A stretch of 64,000 nt of DNA from a virus, in the IMG/VR virus record IMGVR_UViG_3300023199_000021, positions 32,001-96,000 of that record; one strand, 5' to 3'. Both the position numbers and the translations under genes were made by a program. How positions within the stretch are numbered: the first letter of the stretch is position 1; every line of letters starts with the position of its first letter. The notes under the pieces were generated by a model that saw only the letters and a program-made list of their open reading frames with translations, had not been told where the DNA came from and made no database searches. Below are positions 26,197-35,592 of the stretch, one piece after another.

Positions 26197-27771
26197 ATGA
26201 GCGATCAAATAGCCGTATATGACATTGAGCGTGACTGCGGTTTAGAAAATCAAATTCGCTCCCAAACTTCTGTAGCATTTACTGCTCCTATCATAAGCGT
26301 TGATCCGAAAGGCGATATCGACTTTAGCCGAATCACAAAGGCTTCCGCCGATCTATTCGACCTAGCATCTGCCGCGATTAATGATCCTGACTTATATCAT
26401 GTTTTCTCTATTCTGGTTTCTACCGTATGGAATAGAAATGATGATGTATTTGACAAGGAAGAAGTTTGGGCTGCACGTCACACTTCACGTTTTAAGCCTA
26501 CCAATCTTGAGCATGATGAAAAGCAAATGGTTGGTGGCATTATCAATAGTTGGCCCGTAGACGTTGACTTTAATCTAATTCCAGATGATACAAAAGCGGA
26601 AGCTTTACCAGATGAATACCATCTATTAGTATCTTCTGTAATATTTAGGCAATGGCAAGACCCTGATCTAAGGGCAAGGGCAGAACAGTTGATTTCAGAG
26701 ATCGAAGCAGACGAAAAGTTTGTTTCTATGGAATGCATTTTCCGTGGCTTTGATTATGCTGTCGTTTCACCTGATGGTAAGAACCATGTAGTTCCAAGAA
26801 ACCAATCTACAGCGTTCTTAACACAGCATCTACGAGCCTATGGTGGTCCCGGTGTGTATCAGGGCCACAAGGTTGGGCGTGTGCTAAGACGTATCACATT
26901 TAGTGGTAAAGGCTTTGTTAATCGTCCAGCAAATCCAGATAGTATTATCTTCGATAAGGACCATATTTTCTCTTTTGCGAATGTCCAAGAAGGTAAAAGT
27001 CTATTTTTAAATCAAAATGGTGTAACTAGTAATACAGAGAAGCAACTTTCTTCTGAAGTTAATATCTCAGACAAGGAGAATAACAAAATGTCTAATGAAC
27101 TTTTGACTGATCAAAACAAAGAGCTTAAGGACGCTCTGGCCTCTGCACAAGCAGAAATCAAAGAGCTAAACCAAAAGCTTTCTGAGGCGAGCGTTTCAAC
27201 ATATGAGAACAAGATCGAAAAACTAGAAGCCGCTGTCGCAGAGTTGGAATCTCAAGTCAGCGATCTTGAATCAAAGTTGAGCGAAGCCAACGAGAAAAAC
27301 GAATCTCTTGAAGCAGACCTGTCCGCTAAGTCCGAAGAACTATCCACTGTGAAAGCAACTATAGATAAGATGGAAGACGAAAAGAAAAAGAAAGACCGTA
27401 AAGATGCTATGGTCAAGGCTGGTCTGTCTACCGAAGAAGCAGAAGCAAAATATGAAAGTTTTGCTGAGCTTTCTGATGAAGTCTTCGAAACTATCCTTGA
27501 AACTATGGCAGAAATGCACAAGGACAAGGAAGATAAGAAGAAGAAAAAGGAAGAAGCTATAACTGACGACGAATCTAGCGAAGACGATGATGATTCATCT
27601 GACGATGACGCAGAAGACTCAACTGACGCATCTGATCTAGTAGATGGTGAAACCGAAGAAGGTAACCATGCCGCAGCCGGTGAAACCGATGGCGATGAAT
27701 TGTCTACCGCTCGTGCAGGCTTGCAGAAGTGGGTAGAAGATTGCATCATGAACAAAACTGAATCCAAATAA
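26197..27771 (+). CDS. Prohead protease with a C-terminal coiled-coil scaffold
   Basis: WNRNDDVF, NLEHD, VSMEC, FSGKGFVNRPANPDS; acidic coiled-coil tail. Confidence 0.8.
   Translation: MSDQIAVYDIERDCGLENQIRSQTSVAFTAPIISVDPKGDIDFSRITKASADLFDLASAAINDPDLYHVFSILVSTVWNRNDDVFDKEEVWAARHTSRFKPTNLEHDEKQMVGGIINSWPVDVDFNLIPDDTKAEALPDEYHLLVSSVIFRQWQDPDLRARAEQLISEIEADEKFVSMECIFRGFDYAVVSPDGKNHVVPRNQSTAFLTQHLRAYGGPGVYQGHKVGRVLRRITFSGKGFVNRPANPDSIIFDKDHIFSFANVQEGKSLFLNQNGVTSNTEKQLSSEVNISDKENNKMSNELLTDQNKELKDALASAQAEIKELNQKLSEASVSTYENKIEKLEAAVAELESQVSDLESKLSEANEKNESLEADLSAKSEELSTVKATIDKMEDEKKKKDRKDAMVKAGLSTEEAEAKYESFAELSDEVFETILETMAEMHKDKEDKKKKKEEAITDDESSEDDDDSSDDDAEDSTDASDLVDGETEEGNHAAAGETDGDELSTARAGLQKWVEDCIMNKTESK
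27088..27771 (+). CDS. Nested in-frame scaffolding protein (internal start)
   Basis: AAGGAG RBS at 27073, ATG at 27088 (MSNELLTDQ), TGGTGTAA motif at 27018. Confidence 0.6.
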   Translation: MSNELLTDQNKELKDALASAQAEIKELNQKLSEASVSTYENKIEKLEAAVAELESQVSDLESKLSEANEKNESLEADLSAKSEELSTVKATIDKMEDEKKKKDRKDAMVKAGLSTEEAEAKYESFAELSDEVFETILETMAEMHKDKEDKKKKKEEAITDDESSEDDDDSSDDDAEDSTDASDLVDGETEEGNHAAAGETDGDELSTARAGLQKWVEDCIMNKTESK

Positions 27772-27791
27772 TTTTATTGGGAGAATATACA

Positions 27792-28247
27792 ATGGCTCTA
27801 AAAGGTGATCGTGTAGAACATCTGACAGATATCAGTTTTTACAAGAGTGATACCGTTGTTGAACGCGGTGGCATTGTTGTACATTCTACTGGTGGTTCTG
27901 GTGCAGCTATGGACGACGCTCTAGCACAAGTTGCTGCCGTTGCGGCCTATACTGACGAACCGGCTGGTCTGTTACTGAACGATGTTGTTAATATTGACCT
28001 AACCCGTCAACAATACAATGTACACAAAGACGAAATACAACTGGGTGGCAAGGTTACTCTGTTGCGTCGTGGTACTGTCGTTACTGACCAAATCTCTGGT
28101 ACTCCTGTAGTCGGAGAACAAGCTCACTTTGCTCTTGATGGTCGCTTGACCACCACTAGCGAAGAAAGCACTAGTGATCAGGTTGGTCGTTGGCTATCTG
28201 TGAAGGATGCTGATGGTTTCGCTAAAGTCGAAATCAACATCGTCTAA
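27792..28247 (+). CDS. Head decoration/cement protein
   Basis: Start MALKGDR after GGAG; directly precedes the MCP; KDADGFAKVEINI end. Confidence 0.7.
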   Translation: MALKGDRVEHLTDISFYKSDTVVERGGIVVHSTGGSGAAMDDALAQVAAVAAYTDEPAGLLLNDVVNIDLTRQQYNVHKDEIQLGGKVTLLRRGTVVTDQISGTPVVGEQAHFALDGRLTTTSEESTSDQVGRWLSVKDADGFAKVEINIV

Positions 28248-28271
28248 TCAACATATTAGGAGAGTAATCTA

Positions 28272-29273
28272 ATGAAAAACTTTTTTGACTATAACCCAGA
28301 AATGGAAGCTATTCTAAGGCAGTCCGGTTCAGCCAACAAGGATGAATCTTTAGCGGCTGTTGCAGAACTAGCTAAAGCTCTGGAAACCCCGTTGCGTAAG
28401 GGCGTAATGAGCGGAGATATCCTAGCTGGTATCTACGAAATCATTAACCTAGCTCCCGGTGCAACGAGCGAGTTTCCTCTTGACTTCCTAGCTCCCGGTA
28501 CTGAGAAGGATTTTGTGGCGTACACAATTCCTAATCACGGTAGAATTCCAGAACGTCACGTAGAAGGTGACTACGTAATGGTCCCAACCTACGACATTGG
28601 TGCCTCTATCGACTGGTTACTAAAGTATGCCCGCGATACTCGTTGGGATGTTGTTGGTCGTGCTATGGACGTTATGCGTTCTCAGTTCACAAAGAAGATG
28701 AACGATGACGGATGGCACACTCTTATTTCCGCTGGTGTTGACCGTAACATCTTGGTTTATGACCCAGATGCTGCAACCGGCCAATTTTCTAAGAGACTAG
28801 TTTCTCTGATGAAAGTTACTATGCGTCGTAACGGTGGCGGTAACTCCACTTCAATCAATCGTGGTCGTCTAACCGACCTATTCTTGAGTCCAGAAGCTAT
28901 CGAAGATATCCGTAACTGGGGTGTTGACGAAGTTGACGAAATCACTCGTCGTGAGTTGATTACTCAAGAAGGCGGTCTAATGACCCGTATCTTCCAAGTA
29001 AACCTACATGACCTTGATGAACTTGGCGACGACCAAGAATATCAACTATTCTACGAGAACGATCTATCAGGTACTCTACCTGGTGGCGACTCTGAGATCG
29101 TTGTGGGTCTTGATATGAGCAGCAACGACAGCTTTGTAATGCCTGTTCGTGCTGGTCTTCAAATCTTCGAAGACGACACATTGCATCGTCAAAGACGTGC
29201 TGGCCTATATGGTTGGGCAGAGCATGGCTTCGCAGTACTAGATAACAGACGAGTTCTTCTAGGCTCATTCTAA
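28272..29273 (+). CDS. Major capsid protein (HK97 fold inferred)
   Basis: 333 aa with strong RBS and downstream terminator; C-terminal GLYGWAEHGFAVLDNRRV. Confidence 0.85.
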   Translation: MKNFFDYNPEMEAILRQSGSANKDESLAAVAELAKALETPLRKGVMSGDILAGIYEIINLAPGATSEFPLDFLAPGTEKDFVAYTIPNHGRIPERHVEGDYVMVPTYDIGASIDWLLKYARDTRWDVVGRAMDVMRSQFTKKMNDDGWHTLISAGVDRNILVYDPDAATGQFSKRLVSLMKVTMRRNGGGNSTSINRGRLTDLFLSPEAIEDIRNWGVDEVDEITRRELITQEGGLMTRIFQVNLHDLDELGDDQEYQLFYENDLSGTLPGGDSEIVVGLDMSSNDSFVMPVRAGLQIFEDDTLHRQRRAGLYGWAEHGFAVLDNRRVLLGSF

Positions 29274-29304
29274 TCTGTGCTGTTACAAAAAAAACAGAAA
29301 TAGG

Positions 29305-29336
29305 CCAGTGGTGGCGGTGCTGCCACTGGTTTTTTT
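29305..29336 (+). terminator. Rho-independent terminator
   Basis: CCAGTGGTGGC-GGT-GCTGCCACTGG followed by T7. Confidence 0.9.
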
Positions 29337-29350
29337 ATGGGAGAACAAGC

Positions 29351-29434
29351 ATGAAGATTTTGCTTTGGATAATCGAACATGAAAAACTGTGGAGCTTGCC
29401 AGAAAGAGAAACAGTTTGGACTTTAGAATGTTAA
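29351..29434 (+). CDS. 27-aa Trp-repeat peptide or gene remnant
   Basis: GGGAG RBS; MKILLWIIEHEKLWSLPERETVWTLEC resembles the Trp-repeat C-terminus of 30484..31080. Confidence 0.4.
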   Translation: MKILLWIIEHEKLWSLPERETVWTLEC

Positions 29435-29445
29435 GGCGGTGATAT

Positions 29446-30096
29446 ATGAGCATAACAGCAAATGATCTAGTGTTTTACGCTAGTGCCAATATGCCGCAAG
29501 ACGATTCTTCTCCTGCTGGCGGTGATATTAACACTGGCCTTAGAGTGGTCTTTGAAGATATTCCTGTTACTGGGATTGTTAGAGCAGTAAGCAATAGTGC
29601 TGCTGATTCTGGCAATCTTACTGTTGTAGGTAGAAACAATGTGGGTGTCATTGTTTCTGATACGTTTGGACTTAGTGGAACAACTCCTGTTTCTGGAACT
29701 CAGGTATTTGAAAGGGTACTGGTGGCTACGGTTGATGCTTTAGCTACAGGTAATATTACTCTGTCAGAACCGGTTAGTTCTTCTTCTGGTATCGGAACAA
29801 TATACGCAAACGAAAGTGGATTCTTGAGGCCCTTCTATGATGCTACTGCCGAACCTTTCGGTGGATCAAATAAGGTATTATATGAGAAGGTCTTTTTGAA
29901 AAACAACAATTCAGTAAACACTTTACTGAATGCAAATATCACCGAGATATCATCTGGTCTATTTTCTATCATAGATTTTGGACTTGAGAAATCTCAACAG
30001 TATGTAGAGTTTGTTGGAAACAGAACAACCGCTCCGACTGGGTGCTACGTTTTTCACAATCAATGGATGGCAACTTTTAATCACAGACAATGTTAA
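29446..30096 (+). CDS. Virion accessory protein, probably truncated after NRTTAPTG
   Basis: MSITANDLVFYAS...GG..., VLYEKVFLKNN; protein-like reading shifts frame at about 30040. Confidence 0.6.
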   Translation: MSITANDLVFYASANMPQDDSSPAGGDINTGLRVVFEDIPVTGIVRAVSNSAADSGNLTVVGRNNVGVIVSDTFGLSGTTPVSGTQVFERVLVATVDALATGNITLSEPVSSSSGIGTIYANESGFLRPFYDATAEPFGGSNKVLYEKVFLKNNNSVNTLLNANITEISSGLFSIIDFGLEKSQQYVEFVGNRTTAPTGCYVFHNQWMATFNHRQC

Positions 30097-30484
30097 CTTT
30101 TTTGGTAATATCTTCTCTGACGATTTTGATACGCCGTTCTCTACAGAGCAAGGTGTAAAACTAGCACAGGCTCAGGTATCTAACCTGATTGACAAAGTAG
30201 CTCCGAATACAAGTGATTTGGTGCTTGCTGGCATTGTAACAACAGGCGATATTACAACTCAAACAACAACCCTGCAATCTAGCCTTCCTACAGGAGTGGT
30301 CGCAGAACTAAATAACACACAATATGACGGTGTGCCATTCGGTGATATCATGGCGATATTGCTTTCAATGGCACAGGGACGAATCGTGGAATCAGCAAGT
30401 GGCGTATTTGAATTCTATGCCCAAGACAATTCCGCTATACTTTACACACTAACGAAATCTGGCAATGAGAGAAATAGAAGCTAA
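30036..30484 (+). pseudogene. C-terminal part of a second virion-associated gene, fused out of frame
   Basis: LGATFFTINGW...GNIFSDDFDTPF...; no RBS or good start. Confidence 0.5.
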
Positions 30485-31080
30485 TGGTTATTGGAACAGG
30501 CTTGACCTCTATTTCAACGTATGGTTGGTTTACCGATCCTACGTTATCGGATAATCTTACACCCGTATCTACCTTCGGCTGGTATTATGTCGAGGGTGGT
30601 AGTGGTGTTATTGCCGTTTCTGTTCCTTATTCTATTCCAGCAGAATACAAGGCACAGATAGAAAGAGACAACAATGTTCCAGTAGAAAGCTTACTAACAC
30701 AGCTTTCATCGCTGGATATACCAGTCGAACACTTACAGGGTATTTCGGCATTTGATACACTCAGGGTTGAAGTTCTTGAAACTTCATTCGTGATTGCTTC
30801 ACCGCAAATTCCTGTCGAGAACTTGGCTAGTATTTTAACAGAGAATCAAATCCCTGTTGAGATATTGGCTCCCGGTTTTGTTCTGGTTGCAGACAAAAGC
30901 ATTCCGATTGAAATTGTCGGAGGCATCTTGTCTGATAACAATATTCCGATTGAAATAATTGGTGAAGAACAATTCTGGATACTCGACCCAAGAGGCGTAC
31001 TGTGGACTATTGAAGATTGTGGCATATTGTGGATTAGGGAAAATCATGGCAATAATTTATGGAACCTAGACGAGAGATAA
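30484..31080 (+). CDS. Repeat-containing virion accessory protein
   Basis: Repeated (I/V)P(V/I/A)E units; Trp-repeat C-terminus. Confidence 0.7.
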   Translation: MVIGTGLTSISTYGWFTDPTLSDNLTPVSTFGWYYVEGGSGVIAVSVPYSIPAEYKAQIERDNNVPVESLLTQLSSLDIPVEHLQGISAFDTLRVEVLETSFVIASPQIPVENLASILTENQIPVEILAPGFVLVADKSIPIEIVGGILSDNNIPIEIIGEEQFWILDPRGVLWTIEDCGILWIRENHGNNLWNLDER

Positions 31081-31083
31081 AAC

Positions 31084-31410
31084 ATGGGTGTAACAGCAAA
31101 TCAAGAATTATGCAAACAACCTTCCGAAAAAAGAAAATTTGGAATGGAGTTCGCTAGTTTAATGGATACCTCTGGCGGCGAAGTAATTTCAAGCATTGAC
31201 GCCGTTACTTCTGAGACAATTTCTGGTGGAGTATCAGATTTAACAATCACTTTACCTTCAATTGTCAATGGTGTAGCTACTAACAGCAGAGTTGAAGTGT
31301 GGATTGAAGCTGGAACAGCAGGCAATAGATACAGAATTGAAATCTTGGTCACAACTTCTGATGGTCAAATATTAGAAGGTGATGGAATTCTTAAAGTAAC
31401 AGATAGGTAA
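31084..31410 (+). CDS. Small structural adaptor protein
   Basis: KQPSE...VEVWIEAGTAGNRYRIEILVTTSDGQILE, resembling phage fibre/tail adaptor proteins. Confidence 0.65.
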   Translation: MGVTANQELCKQPSEKRKFGMEFASLMDTSGGEVISSIDAVTSETISGGVSDLTITLPSIVNGVATNSRVEVWIEAGTAGNRYRIEILVTTSDGQILEGDGILKVTDR

Positions 31411-31413
31411 CAA

Positions 31414-31965
31414 ATGGCTACTTGGCAAAATACTAGTTTACTAATGCTTCGTACTATGCTAAATGATGCAGGTTGCGGAGAGGCTTCCTACAGCAACACC
31501 AGATTGGAGCAGTTGTTAATTACTGCTGCTTATTTTTTACCGGTCGATATCAATTTCGACAGCAATTATGTTGTTGATGTAGAACAAAACACAATAACTC
31601 CCGATCCTATTAGTCAAGCCGATGGTCCTGAGTTTGTTAACTTCATGGTCTTGAGAGCGGCGTGTATGGCTGATGAAGGCAATTTTAGAAATTCAGCACT
31701 TTTACAGGGAGTAAAAGCCAGATGTGGTCCTGCTGTATTAGAACTTGGTTCATACGGTCGATACTTGAAAGAATTGTTGACTGCTGGACCTTGTAAATCT
31801 TACGAAGACTTGAAAAATGAATACAACTTTAGCTACGAGGGAAGACGCATTATTCGTGCAGTTATGTCTCCGTTCGTATCTAACGATTTCTATCCACCTA
31901 TGGGTGGTGCTGGTAACGGACAACTCGATACTAGTAATCTTTGGAGAAACAGAAATTCCTATTAG
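31414..31965 (+). CDS. Head-tail connector (neck) protein
   Basis: LRTMLND...YSNTRLEQLL; position after the capsid genes. Confidence 0.65.
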   Translation: MATWQNTSLLMLRTMLNDAGCGEASYSNTRLEQLLITAAYFLPVDINFDSNYVVDVEQNTITPDPISQADGPEFVNFMVLRAACMADEGNFRNSALLQGVKARCGPAVLELGSYGRYLKELLTAGPCKSYEDLKNEYNFSYEGRRIIRAVMSPFVSNDFYPPMGGAGNGQLDTSNLWRNRNSY

Positions 31966-31975
31966 GAGATAAACA

Positions 31976-32179
31976 ATGTCCATTATATTTCAACCGAAAG
32001 CCGGATTGCCTAAACACGGAACAATTGTTGTTCAGGCTCCCGTTGGTTCAGGTTGGGCAGGTGCGAACTACAGAATTGATACTTATGTCACAAACCTGCC
32101 AGCTACAGGTGATGTAGACGCAACCTACAGTGGTAGATTTGACGACCCACGCTATTACACAGGTGATACTGCGAGCTAA
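31976..32179 (+). CDS. Small structural protein
   Basis: AGGAG RBS; within the operon. Confidence 0.65.
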   Translation: MSIIFQPKAGLPKHGTIVVQAPVGSGWAGANYRIDTYVTNLPATGDVDATYSGRFDDPRYYTGDTAS

Positions 32180-32181
32180 TA

Positions 32182-32706
32182 ATGAGCAATCCCTTTTCCG
32201 GTATAATCAACAACAACTTCAAGCAGTTGTTCACGAATGCTATTTCTGCATTACTTTATGATGATTCCTGTACTTTGCCATGCAAATTGTACTATGGTGC
32301 CACTAGATACGAAGATTGCGTGAATTGTGTTTATGATCCAATTGGTCAGAAGTCAGCAAACCGTTTTCAAGATGGTGGGCCTTCTCCGTTTCCGTTCGGA
32401 GGTATTTGCCCCATGTGTAATGGTGCCGGTAAAAGGTCAGTAGAAACTACAGAAGAAATCAACCTGATGGTGATTTTTGATCATGACCAGTTCATGAATC
32501 GTGGTACTGTGGCTGACCCTGCCGGGATGATTCAAACAGTAACATTCGCGTCAAATACACCCAAGCTAAAAAGAGCAAAAGAAATCGTGGTAGCAACAGA
32601 TATCACATCTTATGGTCGTCACAGATATGAACGAGTGACCGAACCACAACCCTGCGGTTTCAGAAGTGAAGATTTCGTTGAATGTCTTTGGAAGAAGTCT
32701 GGATAA
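32182..32706 (+). CDS. Head-closure-like protein with CxxC motifs
   Basis: CVNC and CPMCNGAG; position in the neck module. Confidence 0.65.
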   Translation: MSNPFSGIINNNFKQLFTNAISALLYDDSCTLPCKLYYGATRYEDCVNCVYDPIGQKSANRFQDGGPSPFPFGGICPMCNGAGKRSVETTEEINLMVIFDHDQFMNRGTVADPAGMIQTVTFASNTPKLKRAKEIVVATDITSYGRHRYERVTEPQPCGFRSEDFVECLWKKSG

Positions 32707-33341
32707 TGACTATCAGAGCGAACATTGACTTACCGAATTTCAAGGCGGATTTTGAAAAGAAAATCCTGCGTGAGATAAAGACTGTAATCAATAAGGCTAT
32801 GCCTTCCATTGTCAATAAAATAAAGAGTAGACTAAAGGCAGAATTCGTTAGACTTGTAAAAGAGTCCGCAGAATATACAGCCTTAGTTTCTGGCGATTTG
32901 CGTGGTGAAATTGGTTTGCCTGACCCTACTGTTGTTGACACAGTAATAGATGCTTGGGCAGACGGTATACAAGTCACCTTCACAAAACGTGGTAAATTAG
33001 GTAGCATCGAGATAGGGATGATTCAGGCAGACTATGCCGACGTTTTATCTTTACCTGATGCTTCCTATGTGTATGCATCAAGAGATGGTAGTACTGTTAT
33101 CGAGTGGTTACGTTGGTTGCTTCTCGAAAGCACTTCGATAATCGTTGTTGGCTATGTTTTTGCTGCATCAAACCGAGGACGCACCGGATTAGGAATTATG
33201 GTAAACAGGAACGGTGGAGGTTGGCGTGTTCCTGCTCAATATGCTGGTACTGCCAATGATAACTTTGTGACTCGTGCTTTGGTGGATATCGAAAGAACGA
33301 TAGATATCATTGTGCGTCAAGAAATAACAAAAGGAATTTAA
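32706..33341 (+). CDS. Tail completion/neck protein
   Basis: WLRWLL...RTGLGIM...GTANDNFVTRA; position. Confidence 0.6.
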   Translation: MTIRANIDLPNFKADFEKKILREIKTVINKAMPSIVNKIKSRLKAEFVRLVKESAEYTALVSGDLRGEIGLPDPTVVDTVIDAWADGIQVTFTKRGKLGSIEIGMIQADYADVLSLPDASYVYASRDGSTVIEWLRWLLLESTSIIVVGYVFAASNRGRTGLGIMVNRNGGGWRVPAQYAGTANDNFVTRALVDIERTIDIIVRQEITKGI

Positions 33342-33343
33342 TC

Positions 33344-34300
33344 ATGGCCCTAAACGACTATACAAGATTAAACAAACACGTTACTCAGTTAGGTCAAAGC
33401 TTACTAACCTCTCAAATAGAGAGTAATTTGAAAGCTTACTTTGACTGGGGCTTGCTAGAAGCTGGGGGCTTTTTCAACGTCTCAATGCCTACATCTGGAG
33501 CATGGGGTGGAACATTCGATCAACTGCGACTTGTCGATGATCCATCATATACTTTAGGTCAAGTTTGGGAGGGAAAGCGTAAAGATTGGGTTTGGGAAAC
33601 GGGACTTTCTTATCCAACCCAGCCTACAATGATCACTGGTGTAGTTGTAAATGGAACCTCCTATGGTACTGGCGATGCTAGTTTTGGACACCATTATAAT
33701 TACCCGTTAGGTAGAGTAGTATTTGATACTGCTAAAACGCCTAATAGTGTTGTGCAACTTGAATATGCTTATCGCAATGTTCAGGTGTACATAGCGGATC
33801 AAGCTCCGTGGTGGGACGAGCTTCAATATGACTCATTTAGAGTAGATGATCCTACTGTCGATGATGTTGGTTCTGGTAACTGGCAGATTTTGGCAAATCA
33901 TCGTGTTCAATTGCCCGCGATTGTTATCGAGGCAGTTCCTAGAAGAAGATTTCGCCCTTATCAACAGGGTAGTGTGAGCAACTTTGTTTACCAAGACGTT
34001 TTGTTTCACATACTAGCTGAATCTAGGTGGTGGCGTAATCAGCTTATTGATGCCGTTTCACTAGAAAAAGATAGAACTATTTGGTTGTTCGACAACAACA
34101 TGGTATCGAGTGGAGATTTGTATCCTCTTGATCATCGCGGAATGGTTGTGTCAAATCCTACTATGTATCCCATCTTAGTAGAATCCTATCGCTACAAGAT
34201 GGCCCGATTTTACGATATGGTCGTAACCGAAATGGAATCGCCAACAAGCAGATTACATCGAGGTACTGTAAGGGCCACTTTTGAGATAGTTATAGCATAA
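33344..34300 (+). CDS. Tail terminator-like protein
   Basis: RVQLPAIVIE motif; directly precedes the tail tube gene. Confidence 0.6.
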   Translation: MALNDYTRLNKHVTQLGQSLLTSQIESNLKAYFDWGLLEAGGFFNVSMPTSGAWGGTFDQLRLVDDPSYTLGQVWEGKRKDWVWETGLSYPTQPTMITGVVVNGTSYGTGDASFGHHYNYPLGRVVFDTAKTPNSVVQLEYAYRNVQVYIADQAPWWDELQYDSFRVDDPTVDDVGSGNWQILANHRVQLPAIVIEAVPRRRFRPYQQGSVSNFVYQDVLFHILAESRWWRNQLIDAVSLEKDRTIWLFDNNMVSSGDLYPLDHRGMVVSNPTMYPILVESYRYKMARFYDMVVTEMESPTSRLHRGTVRATFEIVIA

Positions 34301-34311
34301 AATGCCACAAA

Positions 34312-34319
34312 TGGTGTAT
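34312..34319 (+). promoter_or_regulatory. Putative late promoter TGGTGTAT
   Basis: Intergenic, ahead of the major tail gene. Confidence 0.5.
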
Positions 34320-34362
34320 TTAAAAACGAGGTTATACTTTTTCAATCTAGGAGAAAGAATAA

Positions 34363-35517
34363 ATGGCTAATAATAGAATTTACTACCCAATTCAGCAGGT
34401 AGCATTTCGTAAGCCGGGAACAACTGTATTCCGTGAAGCCCACGGTGTTCAGTCTATCTCCATTACGACTACCTTTAACTTAGAACAAGCATTCGAGTTG
34501 GGACAACTTGCTATATATGAAAACATCGAAGGTATTCCAGACATTGAAGTAACAATGAGTAAGATTTTGGATGGTTATCCACTTATATATACTCTAGCTT
34601 CTGCTTCTGATGCTGATGGTGGAACATTGGCAGGTCCAACTCTTGCTCAGCGTTCCTTGGCTGAAACAATCATGCAAATGGGTATTTGGTCCGAAACTGA
34701 TGAAGCCGTGAACGGCTCACCAATTACCTATGTGGAAATGTCAGGTCTGACAGTTTCTTCTGTAACTTACAACTTCCCATTGGAAGATAACTTTTCAGAA
34801 GATTTGACTCTGGCTGGTAACGTAAAGATTTGGGATACCTACAGCAATGGTACCTGTCCTGCTCCGTGGACACTAGCCGCAGCTACCGGTTCTCCGAACT
34901 TTGCATCCAACAACGATGCCCCGGTTGGTTCTGGTGGTGTTAACCGTCGTGAAAACATGATCTTCGCTACAACTAATGGTGAAGCAGGCGATGCTGACTA
35001 CACTCGTCTTCCCGGTGACATTTTTGGTGTTTCCGAAAGCGGTGTGAAGTCTAGTACCTGTCACGTAGCGTCTATCACTGTTTCTACTGACTTGGCTCGT
35101 GAAGACCTTTTCGAGCTAGGTGCTAAAAGTCCTTACGCTAAGACTGTTAACTTCCCTGTAGAAGTTACTTGCGATATTGAAGTAACCTCTATCTCAGGTG
35201 ATCAAGTTACAGCTATCGACGACTGTGGTGGTGCTGCCGCAGTATGTTCAACTGCTACCAACTTGAGCGACCGTATCATTCGTATCGCTACCTGTGAAGG
35301 AACTCGTATCTATCTTGGTGAGAAGAACAAGCTGGCCTCCGTATCTTACGGTGGTGGTGACGCTGGTGGTGGTAACGTAACAGTAACTTACTCTTACACA
35401 ACCTTCAACGACTTTACAGTTCTTCACTCAAATGACGATTTCAATGCAGATGGTCAAACTTGGTGGTCAACCCGTTCTGGATATTTAGGTCCAGCCGGTA
35501 CTACCCAAGATACCTAA
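34363..35517 (+). CDS. Major tail (tube) protein
   Basis: HGVQSISITT.FNLEQAFELGQL; duplicated REDLFELG; strong RBS and terminator. Confidence 0.78.
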   Translation: MANNRIYYPIQQVAFRKPGTTVFREAHGVQSISITTTFNLEQAFELGQLAIYENIEGIPDIEVTMSKILDGYPLIYTLASASDADGGTLAGPTLAQRSLAETIMQMGIWSETDEAVNGSPITYVEMSGLTVSSVTYNFPLEDNFSEDLTLAGNVKIWDTYSNGTCPAPWTLAAATGSPNFASNNDAPVGSGGVNRRENMIFATTNGEAGDADYTRLPGDIFGVSESGVKSSTCHVASITVSTDLAREDLFELGAKSPYAKTVNFPVEVTCDIEVTSISGDQVTAIDDCGGAAAVCSTATNLSDRIIRIATCEGTRIYLGEKNKLASVSYGGGDAGGGNVTVTYSYTTFNDFTVLHSNDDFNADGQTWWSTRSGYLGPAGTTQDT

Positions 35518-35537
35518 TCAGATATTTGAACAAACAT

Positions 35538-35572
35538 AGGGTTGGGGGGGGGATTTCCCTCTAGCCCTTTTT
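35538..35572 (+). terminator. Rho-independent terminator
   Basis: AGGGTTGGGGGG...CCCTCTAGCCCT followed by a T run. Confidence 0.75.
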
Positions 35573-35592
35573 GTTCTCTCAGGACTTTTAGG

